Below, one piece after another: positions 34,601-46,512 of a DNA stretch of 64,000 bases. This DNA is from Ruditapes philippinarum (Eukaryota): the NCBI RefSeq assembly GCF_026571515.1, contig NW_026866698.1, forward strand, positions 62,001 through 126,000, in the 5' to 3' direction. The notes beneath the pieces are model-generated. The model ran no database searches. It was not told where the DNA came from and saw only the letters and a program-made list of their open reading frames with translations. The position numbers were made by a program, and so were the translations under genes. Each line of letters begins with the position of its first letter. The stretch's first letter is position 1.

Positions 34601-37600
34601 TGTCGTACTGTGTATATCTCCGAGGCGGGTTACTGTATAGAGGCCATTATCTCCCTTACATGTAATAACTGCTGTGGTGTTATATCTCCGGGGCGAATAA
34701 CTGTATAGAGGCCATTATCTCCCTTACATGTAATAACTGTCGTACTGTGTATATCTCCGAGGCGGGTTACTGTATAGAGACCATTATCTCCCTTACATGT
34801 AATAACTGTCGTGCTGTGTATATCTCCGGGGCGAATAACTGTATAGAGGCCATTATCTCCCTTACATGTAATAACTGTCGAAGTGTGTATATCTCCGGGG
34901 CGAAATACTGTATAGAGGCCATTATCTCCCTTACAGGTAATAACTGTCGTAGTGTGTATATCTCTGAGTCGGGTTACTGTATCAAGGTCAATACCTACCT
35001 TACATGTAATAACAGTCGTAGAGTGTATATCTCCGAGGCAGGGTACTGTATCAAGGTCATAATCTCCTTTACATGTAAAAAAAAAATCTTGAAGTGTGTA
35101 TATCTCCGGGCGGTTAACTGCATATAAGTCATTCTCCCCTTTACATGTAATAAATGTTTTATTGTGTTTATCTCCGAGGCGGGTTATTGTATAGAAGTCA
35201 TCATCTATGTTACATGTAATAACTGTCGTAGTTTGTATATCTCCGTGGCGGGTTACCGTATCAAGGTCATTTTCTCCCTACATGTAGTAACTGTCATAGT
35301 GTGTATATCTCCGAGGCGGGTTACTGTATGGAGGTCATTTTGTACCTTACACGCACTAACTGTAGCCGTGTGTACATCTCCGAGGCGGGTAACTGTATCA
35401 AGATCATTATCTCCTTTAAACGTATCGAGGTACAAATACACAAGACAGTTGATGATATTATGTTCAATATCTTCCAGCATAGTGACTGCCGTATGGTCAA
35501 TATCTCCCAGGCGGGTAACTGTATCAATATGGATCTCTTTCACAGGATACGAAGGCAAAGATAATATCAAATTTACATGCAGGTAAATATCTCCCACTCT
35601 TGCAACTGTCGCAAGTTCAGTATCTTCTAGTCAGTCACCAGTACGAAGGTCAATATCTCGTAGGCGGGTAATTTTATCAATATCTTTTTGTTCATCACTT
35701 AAAATTATTACAAGGTCTATAATTATCAAGGTTTCTTTTACTGGTAACTCTTTAAAGGTCAATGTCTCCTAGACGAGTAAATGTCAAGGTCAAAATTGTC
35801 TTATTTTTAGATATAATGCTGAAGATAAAATTTAATGTCAATACATACTTCCTAAATCAACAGCCCTCATCATATCAACCAAGTCAGCTTTGGTGACATT
35901 TTGCCCCATCTCTATCAGAAGTGTCAGGAGTTCGCTAACAGTGATTATACCATTACCATCACGGTCGAATACGTTAAATCGTAGACGGAACTCTGAAAAG
36001 TACATGTTAAATTATAATCAATTCATTATATAGAGAGAAATAAAATGAGACCCCTAAAAAGCAATGAAAACAAAAGGAATAAGACAAATGGTTAAGAACA
36101 CGTAGACTTGATTTAATAGAGTCTGTTCATAAAAATTAATGGAAGGGAAAAGCAAACATCTCTCTCGCCCTCTAGCACCAGAACTCCTCTGTTCTTAAAA
36201 ATATAAATCTATAAGATCATAATGAAGATTTGGATTTATAATTGATCCTAATCTTAGTATTGATCCTGACCCTAAAAATAATCATTATTTTAATAATGAT
36301 ACTGATCTTTAATACTCATTATGATCTTAATATTGATCCTGATCTTGGAATTTATCCTGATATGTATGTTAATCCTGATCTAAATTTTATCATGATCTTA
36401 TAATCTTGATCAGGATTAATATAATCGGTCCTGATCTATAATTGATCCTGATCTATATTTGATCATTATTTAAATATTGATCCTGGTCTTGATTTTCATT
36501 ATGATCTTCGTATTGAACATGAGCTTAATTTTTATTCAATATTGATCCTGATGATATATTGATCTTGATATTGATCCTGATCTTAATATTGATCCTGATC
36601 TTAATATTGAATCTGATCTTAATATTGATCCCAATCTTTATATTGATTCTGGTCGTATTCTTATTCTTGTTCAATTTATCATTTTTAAATATTCCTAAAT
36701 TTTATCAAACAATGCAGGTTTTATTTAATACGCTACTTAACAGTGATGTGAGCCATGTATTGTTCTTACTGCATCGGGAACAGAATTCGGATGCATAATT
36801 GATGATTTTTCCTTTGTAAACACGTGGTGGTGGTGGTGTTGGTAGTTTTCACTCTTGATCACGGCAGTAAGCCACATTGTATTAACCAGAGCACAGTTCA
36901 GCCACATATTAATTACTAGTATATGTCATGAACAGACTCATGTCAGCCGTGTCTGCATTGATATCAATAGTTTATAGTGTGAAGCTTATTTTCAAGAAAA
37001 AAATAAGCCTTCGGTTTACATTTTCTTTCCGCACTGAAGAGTAAATTATCATAAATAATAAGTTACACCAAATGATTTTATAGCACTTCCCCGATTTCTG
37101 TTGCAACTATTCTTTTTTTTTTTTTTTTTTTTGGGGGGGGGTTCCTATACATTTTATATGGAATAAAATCTATCTATAACTGAATGGACTTTGTTATTGT
37201 TTATTCATCTATTACAGCAAGGGCTCTATAAAAAATATTATAATGCAAACTTGAAATGATATCCAAAACTGTAAATCAAAATTCAATCATTTGACTCAAT
37301 ACCATGAATACAAGCCAAGTTTAAAATAGGTGAGGTATTTTTCGCTTTGTTTTATTTTTTTTGTATTTAAATTTTAATGTAAGATAATCATTACTTTAAG
37401 TTTCCTGTGAATTGCTGCTTGTTTATCATTGGAGTTTATATTATAACTACAGTATTCAATTGATCGCAATTAATAATAAAACCTGTCCTATAGGAGTTGA
37501 TAAATTTGCATGTTATATAGAAAAGTATGATAAAAACAAGTGTAGCAATTCCCAATATAACAAGGTATTGTGCGTTACTTAATACGACGAAACACAAAAC

Positions 37601-37799
37601 AAGAAGAAGAAAAGAAGTAAAAAGAAGAATAAAATAATACAAAAGAAGAATAAGAAGGAAAAAGAAGAAAAAGTATACCAAAAAATTAATCCAAAAAAAA
37701 AGTAAACCGAACACTCGCAAAAGTTTTAAACTATAACCAAAAAGCAGCTACCGTACCTTTCAGTTTCTTTGGAACAGTTATCCAAAAGTAGTCCTCCAT
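31608..37799 (-). CDS. Calmodulin-like EF-hand protein 2 (highly divergent), 5 exons, 149 aa; not visible in the ORF track
   Basis: Minus-strand exons 37757-37799, 35849-35992 (144 nt), 33557-33651, 33049-33190 and 31608-31633 are all GT-AG and total 450 nt in frame. Protein: MEDYFWITVPKKLKEFRLRFNVFDRDGNGIITVSELLTLLIEMGQNVTKADLVDMMRAVDLGNRVDIHFDEFLMMVANKEACEENVQEVKEAFKVFDNGKGYISVTDLRTIMSSMGERLSDEEVDEMIQEASVKNGNIKISDFITILCR. The first and last exons are less certain than the middle three. Confidence 0.85.
34392..35680. repeat. 69-bp tandem minisatellite (~15-18 units) in calmodulin-like gene 2 intron 2
   Basis: Unit GTGTATATCTCCGAGGCGGGTTACTGTATAGAGGCCATTATCTCCCTTACATGTAATAACTGTCGTACT, period 69 (e.g. 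34411 to 34480), decaying toward the right. Confidence 0.95.
36225..36660. repeat. 18-bp (ATCTTAATATTGATCCTG)n minisatellite
   Basis: Clean units at ~36570-36630 and degenerate units to the left. It produces the spurious poly-IL ORF 36559-36798. Confidence 0.85.
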
Positions 37800-39131
37800 A
37801 ATTTGTTAGTTATTTTTGTTTTCTTATACTGAAATCGCCTACAAACTTCGTCGTATATACACTATGATTAGCGTATAATGTATAATTTGTCAATTTGTAA
37901 AGACTATGCTACAGCCTTATCTCGGCGTCAATAAATGATTTAATAGTAAGGCAACACGTAAATCTATCTATTCATCAAAAACCCATCTATTATGTTTGTA
38001 AAAACTTATCTCATATACATGTACTCATAAACGTGCCGCTTTATCCATAATAAACCAAAATACCATAAGTTCAAAATTTATATTATGACGATTTTAGAGT
38101 GATACATTTTTTTGACATGAAGTCGTGACTATCAAATAACAATGAAGGCTCAATTAAAAAACGATAAATTACCAATTTGCTCTCTACTGAAAAAGAAACA
38201 ATACAAAACAAAAAATCTGAAACGACCTATCGAGATCAAAGGTATCGGTTTAAAGTTCTTACCTTGGACAGGCAAGTGTCGTGTGTCAGTTATTTCATTT
38301 TTAAAAGGTAACTGAATTCCACGGGCAATGACATGTAATCAATTAGTTCAGATAAACTAGTTGTGCCGGTACAATAAGAACGATTTCTCTAGAGATTTTA
38401 TCTGTAAATTTGAATGACTTGGTTTCGGACAATACATGTTTTGATTGTATCTGTAATGTCCTTGTTTTTAGTTGTTTCGGCACTGGCTGAATGAGATTCA
38501 AACCTAGGACACATAAATTTATAAAATGGGTCAAAAATACGTGTTCATTGGCTGAATGTTAATACAATATATATGGCAATGATGGAAATGAATGAAGTGC
38601 AAACCGAACATTTGCAGTGACTTAAGAAAAAATTCCGTCTTGGCATTGAAACATCCTAGCAATATGCGCTGTGATATTTCAAGTCGAATGTACAGCTATT
38701 TATTGGTTCTGAGAACCTAGTCGTAAGAAAACGAAGTACGAGCAAAAACAATTTAATTTATACAAAGGTGCGATTCCTCAATACATATGTAAAACAAGCA
38801 CTTAAGGGAAGAAGCTTTCCAGCTGGCTTGCGGAAGAACGGTCTTGAAGGTCGACGATTTATACATGTACGATTGTCCGCTTGTGCCTAAAAATACACAG
38901 TTTTCCTCTTCTTCTTATTTTAACAATTCTAATGCGAGCTTTCTCAAAGTATATGTACCTAAGATATTAAAATATAACTCATCATGTTCGTGACCACAGT
39001 TTGGCTCAAACCCATGATCGTTGCATTCTGAGGCAGATTCATTTATACATTGATTACCTTCGTCCATCGATTTATATTTCACAGATATCATTTATCTTGC
39101 ACTAAACAAAATGGTTAACTGACTTATAGAT

Positions 39132-39359
39132 TGGTTTTTTGTTGTTTTAACGTCACACCAACACAGTTTACTGGTGGAGGAACACCTTATATTATTTCAG
39201 GCACAAACAGACATCTGAGTAAAACAACCAACGTTCGGTAAGCTAGCTGGATAGCTTCCTCACATAAAATATGAAGTGCCAGTTGATATTCGGACCCACA
39301 ACGGTGTGGAGCAAACGGTTTGAAGTCAACGACCTCAACCACTCGGCCATGGACGCCCC
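39132..39359 (-). mobile_element. Meta/MESC-type tRNA SINE, reverse strand, internally deleted
   Basis: The reverse complement gives GGGGCGTCCATGGCCGAGTGGTTGAGGTCGTTGACTTCAAACC...GAGGAAGCTATCCAGCTAGCTTACCGAACG...GTGCCTGAAATAAT, matching the 21372 copy. Confidence 0.8.
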
Positions 39360-40471
39360 ATAGATCGTGTGTCAACGATAACAAGGTACATTTGAATCTG
39401 TGCAAAACTAGATCAGTCATGACAACTTTTAAGGATGGGGGCTATAGTTAATTATCGGGCTAATATATAAGAAGCGTAAGAACAAGAATTTACATAGATA
39501 TTTTATGTATTTCATGTTTCAATGAAGATATGATATAGAATCAACTTTACCTACAAACCTACAAAGAATAATAAAATCTACAGATCATTCAAGATAATGT
39601 GGTAATTAGGTTTGGGCTATTTCAATTGCAAATCTTAAAGTAGGCCTTTTCAAGAATCATTCTTTGGTATATAATAAATAATGTCAAAAATACTGCAGAA
39701 ATAAAATTATTCTTAAACATTGATTACTTTTGATCTTTATTTGTTGGTACACATGAGCTCATATAAGAACTATATATTGATAACAAACTTGGCAGTTTAT
39801 AATTTAAAGAAACTCCACAGAGGACCAAAGGCCTATAAACAGAAAAATTGAAATTGTTATTTAGCTAAGATTGGGCACTTAAAATAGAAAAATATGCAAA
39901 TGATATTCAAGAAATATACTTTGAAATAAATTGAAAATCGTATTTTTGTGCTAATCTAAGCCCTATCTAAGTGGAAAGCCATGCAGCAATGTTTAATTTG
40001 GAGTCATTTTTCACAATTAAAATAATTATTTTGGAATAAAACAGAGTGAGCAAATGGGCTAAAATTCTGCACACAAATTATTTGTCTATACCTACATAAA
40101 ATGGAACATTAATCTCGAAAAATAATTTCCAGTCCCGTCATGTCTAAAAATCTCAGTGGAGAATCTTTAATACTAACATTGGTGTTTACAGTCATCAACA
40201 AGTCACAGTATCACTAGAGAATTCGTACTGGCACACTATCCTAGATGATTTGTAAGATTAAAATCTAACAATCCATAAAAAAAAACAACAAAAAAAAACA
40301 CATCCTGATGCATCTAAAACATAAATCTAAAACAATCATCAAACAAAACAACGTTGTCATTTATATACATACTTCACATCTGTACATATTTGTATGGGAT
40401 ATATTTACAATTGTCATGAATTTTAAATGAAAGAAACGGAAGTATTCAATCTCCCTACAGTCATATCTTAA

Positions 40472-40813
40472 AGGCCCATTATGCCCAAAAAATGGTATTA
40501 TTTTTATTCTCGGAAGCTTTTTATTTTTAGTGTTCCAAAAAGGTACTGATTAGACAAACACCTAAACCATCTTTTTCTTCTGTTGCTTTTTTGCAATAAA
40601 TGCAGTTTTAGTGATTTAGTATGGAAGTCAAAATACTACTTTGTTTGCATTTTACTACTTTTATTATATAACAAATAATTTCACATTCAGCTCTACTTTG
40701 TTCCGGAGATAAACATCTATACATATACATGACTGTACTCTAAATGCTATAAAACTCATGTTTGCCTTTTCTGAAGATGGAAAATGTTTTAATTTTTGAG
40801 GCATAATGTGCCT
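40472..40813. mobile_element. TTAA-flanked MITE family C; second copy at ~42725-43470 is interrupted by an insertion
   Basis: TTAA|AGGCCCATTATGCC ... GGCATAATGTGCCT. The interior is collinear with 42725-42860 plus 43305-43470. Confidence 0.7.
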
Positions 40814-42860
40814 TTCAGACAATCAATAAAGTAATAACAGTCAATATGAGAAACATATTAATACCAAAACATGGCAATTCATGACAACATAGTAGCCAAT
40901 AACATAAATTTAACGACAATTAACATAACAACACAGCCCTTTTTTAGCATAATTTTAACTTGATTCGGTTAACAAAAAATTTAATTTCTCAATTCAATGT
41001 ATGTGCAACACAATTCTGCAAAATGACAGAGGAAATCATCTCCTCTTTTTTGTTTTATGTAATTTATGTTTCAGAAAGTATTTAGAATGTTTTATTAAAC
41101 GATACCTAAATGATTTAATAGCAAATTCTTTCAATAAAAGCTTCATTAAAATATAATCAAGAACAAGAAAAACAAAGCGTTTGAATAGTAGATCTACTGT
41201 CTATATTCATATATAATAATCAAATAACTGAGGACTTATTACTTGTATACTTCAAAATTTCATTATCAACATTAGAATTTAAGAAAGTTGAAATCTCTGA
41301 CCCTCGACAATAAAAACAGTATGATAATATATGTATGTATGTGATGTCATAAATTGGCTTTGGAAACATTTAAAATGGAAGATGATATTCAACATTGACA
41401 AATTTTCCATAACATAATCAAACATCAAAATAAAATTTTTCCAGGTATGTAAAAGTATACCTCTTTAAAAGCAACTTACATGGCAAAAAAATTCTCAGTC
41501 TCTTTAACGCAATGATTTTGTTTTGTTTTGTTTGGTTTTAGGCCATACCAACACAAATTAGGTCATATGGTGCTAAGACAGGAAAGAAGACATTGGCTAA
41601 CTTTGGGAGTTACAAACTTAAAGCAACACCAGGGGTCAAAACCATCTCATCTGCTGGAGCTTATAGACATGCATAGACTGTAGTAATTTGAACCCATTTA
41701 GTTGCCTCTTACAATCACGCAGGGATAAATGCTGGCTGCAATTCTGATGCCTTAACACTTAAATGCAACCCATTAGTCAAAAGGGGAGGTAATGCAATAA
41801 AACATTGCATGTTATACAGCAGATGTACACTCCCTGATACACACTCAAACTTCTACAAAGTAATTAATGTTATTTCTTTCTTTTAATTTATCCTAAGAGA
41901 CTCTTAACATCAAGAACTTTGGTACATGTAACACAATCAAAAAAAAACTTTCATGGTTATTCAATATCCTCTCTTCTTTAAATGAACAAAGAAAATCAGC
42001 AATTCTGATGCATGCTCCCTGGCCTTGTTTTAACAACAAAAAAAACATGGCCTTATTTATACGGTAAAACATGAAAATTTATTTTAAACCATATAAAATT
42101 CCTTGACTTTGACATCATCATCTTAAAATCTAATCTGAGACTAGAGTACTGAGATGGCAACATTCATCTTCAATGTCTGAGCAAGAGGCATCTATCAAAA
42201 TTTGATAAAAAAAATTGTTGGCATATCTATTAAGGATGTTTTCGAGACAGAAGTGAGAACAGTGACCCCCAATTGTTTCCAGCTTAAGCTGTTTCTATTA
42301 TCATATTTTAACAACATGCCAAGTTTAAGAAATTCTATTGAACAGTTTTACTGTAGCCTATATTTCTATATGAAAATATATTAACACTAAATCATCTGAA
42401 ACAAAATCAGATTTCATTTGAGTTGCTTCCCTTTACTTGATTTCTACAAACTCTCAATTATACAAAAATGTTGCTTAATTTTAATCTAAACTTTCAGAAT
42501 CCTAGATTTTACAGAGTTTATCAGATATAAAAACAATGTCATAGCATGGCAAATATTATAATAAATGATTAAATGTTTGTACAAATAATACTCTTATAAC
42601 ATTACACAAAATGTATTTTACTAGATCTAATATTTAACATGACAGCATTATGATAATACTTCAAAACTTAAACAACTGACATTTGTAATAAGGACATTCA
42701 ATGTTTAAGCTGTTTTAATATTAAAGGCCCATTTAACCTTTAAAATGATATTATTTTTATTTCTCAAAAACATTTTATTTTCAGTGTCCTACATTTTCCA
42801 AAATGATACTTTTAACCACACTGCTGAGCCACCTTTGCATATTGAAATTTAGTTCAGTTC

Positions 42861-43304
42861 AATAAAGGATATTTGTTTAGTTCAGTGTAAGATCGGAATA
42901 TATTTCACCAAGTGAGCACCAAAAGGTATATTTCACGAGTGGCGCAGCCACAAGTGAAATATGAACTTTTGGTGTTCACAAGGTGAAATATATTTCAATC
43001 TTACACTAAACTAAACAAATTTTATTTTTATTATATGCAAAGAAACGTTTTAAAAAGACATTAAACCTAATACTGAATGAAAAGCGCGCCAAATAATAAT
43101 ACAATGTGACATCATTTACGACGTCACGTCATTAAGTTGGTACCCAGTTCTGTGCACGCTGGTATTTCATTGAAACAACGTAAGGGGCTTAAATTCAAAA
43201 CAGTAAAAATATCAAAGTGGTAATTTCACTGTTTCAAACAGTGAAATTACCAGTTTTATATCACTGATATATTTCTATAAACCACCGAAAAGCATGTAAT
43301 AAAG
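42861..43304. mobile_element. Crypton-like non-autonomous insertion with a ~150-bp terminal palindrome, bounded by AATAAAG direct repeats
   Basis: AATAAAG at 42861-42867 and 43298-43304. The palindrome at ~42870-43022 is centred on GTGGCGCAGCCAC. The uninterrupted family C copy has a single AATAAA at 40595-40600. Confidence 0.6.
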
Positions 43305-43812
43305 TGATTTAGTGTTTTATAAGAAGGTCAAAATACCACTTTGTTTAAAGTTTGCTACTTTTATAAAAACTTATTTCACATTCAGCACTTCTTTTTTCAG
43401 GGTATAATCTTTAAACTTGCTCTAAATCCTTCTTCAAAATAGTATGAAACATGTTTGACTTTTCTAAAAGAGAAACTAGAAATGTGTCCATAGGACACAG
43501 ATGCCCCCACACTGTCAGTCTACTGACATAGAGCAGGACAGAATGACAGACGGACAGACAAAGGATATTCTACATGATTCCCCTACCCCTTAGTGGTTGG
43601 GGCAGAGAAAATGACATCCAATTTTTTTTTTTTGTAGAAAAAGATTTCTTTGAAAAGATAAAAGCAAATTGACCGATACATAAGAGGAATAAAATATTCC
43701 ACTTTACTTTTAAAAAGGAAGAAGCTGAAATAATTTGTCTTCCAAAAATATTTCAGTTGTTAACTTAATTGACTCACAATGTATCATATCTTTTGAAGCA
43801 CAAGCAGACATA

Positions 43813-44605
43813 CAGTAGAACTTCCATGAGTCGAACTTCGATTAGTCGATTTTCTCGATGTGTCGAAGTAAAATGATAGTCCCGATTTTTTCCCTTATAT
43901 ATTCCTTATAAAAAGCTATTTATGAGTCGAGATTTTATGTGTCGAGATTTTCGATGTGTCGAAGTTTTTTCGTGGTCCGTATAGAATAAATCTAGTACAA
44001 TTTACAACAAATAAGTCGAAGTTCTTCTGTTATTTTGACACTTTCAATCTCGAGACATTTTCACACCTTTTCTGGCCGCGAAGACGATTTTCGATCAACT
44101 TTAGTGACATGTGTTAATTACACAGCCGAGTGTTCAAACAGCCTTTGTATGCGTTTAAATGTGTGAAAAAATGCTTTAATCATTTCTGTTTTAATTGCGG
44201 TAGCGGTTTTTTAAAGTACATGTGAACAGTAAGACCTATCATTTGTGTACTTCCGTGACCCGGTGTCGCGTGATAATCACACGCGAAATATTTACTATAA
44301 GCTGGTTTAGTTATTGCCCTTTCGTATTGTTACGTCTTTTATAACTTCATTGTATACGTCAACAGGGAGTCCAAATCATTAGCTGTGAAAAGTTAACATG
44401 TCATATTTATCATTTTATAATGTAAAATATCAGATTAATGAATGAAAGAAAAACATGAAACAGGTTACGTTATAGATCTTATAATTAGGGCTAGTCACGG
44501 GTTGAAATTTTGTCATGAAATTCAGATCGATTCATGAGTCGAAGTCCCGATGTGTCGAAGTTTTTACGCAAGTCCCTCCAACTTCGACTTACCAAAGTTC
44601 TACTG
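43813..44605. mobile_element. Tc1/mariner(pogo)-type MITE, ~790 bp; degenerate relative at ~45150-46216
   Basis: TA|CAGTAGAACTT ... AAGTTCTACTG|TA, with subterminal (T/A)GTCGAAG repeats at both ends. Confidence 0.85.
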
Positions 44606-44690
44606 TATTTCAAAAATAAAATATTGCAAAATTAAATCATTGTCTGTGTAACAAATGTTATCATAATTCATGTCCTTAAAACAAAATAAT

Positions 44691-44925
44691 GAGCTGTGTC
44701 ATAACAAAACCAACATAATGTGTTTGCAACCAGCATGGATCCAGACCAGCCTGCGCGTCCGCGCAGTCTGATCAGGATCCATGCTGTTCGCTTACAAACT
44801 CTATTACAAATACAGAAACTGATAGCGAACAGCATGGATCCTGATCAGACTGTGCGGATGCGCAGGCTGGTCTGGATCCATGATGGTCGCAAACGCATTA
44901 CGATGGTTTTGTCATGACGCGGCTC
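44691..44925. mobile_element. Fold-back MITE family A, copy 3 (235 bp)
   Basis: TAAT|GAGCTGTGTCATAACAAAACC ... GGTTTTGTCATGACGCGGCTC|AAAT, highly similar to copy 2. Confidence 0.9.
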
Positions 44926-45541
44926 AAATGTCTTGATTGCAACTGGTCCCTGAAACCCGTACATTGTCATGGCCACAAAAATTTATTAAACATTTCAAAA
45001 TACATTTCACACTTTTATGCTAAATACAAAACCTGTGTTTGTTTCTTAGGTGCACAAGATAGTTTTCATTTGTTAAACACAAGAACATATTGTTTGCTAT
45101 AATTCATTAAATTAGATCCAATACACCAAACAATGACTTCATCTCTTACAGTAAATACAATAGAACTTTCATAAAAGGAATTCAAATTCGTTGATTTTCT
45201 TGATGTGTCGAAGCAAAATATAAGTCCCAATTTTTCACCTAAAATAGTCTTTATTAAACCTTAGTGTCAGTTGAATTTTTAAGTGCTGATTTTTTTTCGA
45301 TGTGTAAAAAGTTTTAATGTTGTCCATATAGAATAAATCTTAAAACATTAAGCAGTCCCCCGATTTATGGACACCTTCCATCTCGAGACATTTTTCACAC
45401 TTTTTCTTTGTCATCAACTTGTTTGACAAGTATCAATTCTAATGGCCTTTGAAATACTCCCCCCCCCCCCCCCAGAGTGTGAGAATATTTTTTAATTGTA
45501 ATCATTCAAACTGCTGAAGTAGTATATAAACAATACAAATT

Positions 45542-45975
45542 TAGAGTTGTCATCAATAGAAACAATATCAATGTATCATGGATATTTTTCTGTCAATCAA
45601 TAATCGATACACATTTAAAAATATCGATAATTTTGACAAATTAAATGTCTAGAAATTACACAATTTAACCCAAAACATATACAAAAGCAGGTGTCCATAT
45701 CTAACATTATGCTGTTAATTGTTTTATAGTGGAAATATTTCACAGCAATCATGACAAAATTAGAATGGTCTGAAAAAAAGTCATGCAATGGGCTTTTATA
45801 AACAAGACACAGGAAAGAACATGTTTTTAACCCGGAAATCATTTAAACAGGTATGAAAGTGAAGGACAGACAAGAAATCTAAAGTAATTATTGATATATC
45901 AGTGTACCGCTGATATCTGTCATCCGATATCTATATATCGCTGATATGGTTGGTACTAAATCAATGACAACTCTA
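45542..45975. mobile_element. hAT-type MITE with perfect 8-bp target-site duplication
   Basis: TACAAATT|TAGAGTTGTCAT ... ATGACAACTCTA|TACAAATT: a 12-bp perfect TIR and an 8-bp TSD at 45534-45541 and 45976-45983. Confidence 0.9.
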
Positions 45976-46512
45976 TACAAATTAGTTTTGTTTTGAACCT
46001 TCTGAGACCAGGAGTCATGTGCTAATCACACAGGATATACTAATGTACATGCTATTTCCTGCTTAAATTATCACCCTTTCCTTTTGTTACACCTTTTGTA
46101 AGTCACTTGTAAACATCAACAGCTAGAAATACTGTTGTTAATATGAGACAATGAGTCACCTTCTGGATGTCGCGAAATTTTTACAAAAGTTCCTTGGACA
46201 GACTGAAGTTCTACTGTATAAGAGAATTATTTAATTTTTTTCAATTTTTTTTTTTTCAAATTAACAATACTTTCCTAATATTCTCAATTTAAATAAAATC
46301 TACAGAAGAAAAATTAAACAATTAACATTTTCAAATTTTAACATTAAAACAATCACTATTTTGTAAGTAATTAAACCAGTTAAAGTAAGCACTTTAATAG
46401 ACTGTCAGATATAGAAAAACTATGATTCTATCTGGTAACATTACAATGTTCAGAACATTTAGACATCTGAGCACCTAAGAAAACAAACATTTTGTGGCCT
46501 AACACCTTTCTT

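Noticed and set aside
36559-36798. ORF encoding poly-(Ile-Leu)
   Set aside because: It is a translation of the 18-bp minisatellite inside an intron.
8409-44917. Recurring short ORFs containing MDPDQP / AGLDPCWSQ (8409, 8585, 28617, 44720)
   Set aside because: They come from the palindromic MITE family A and are not a gene family.
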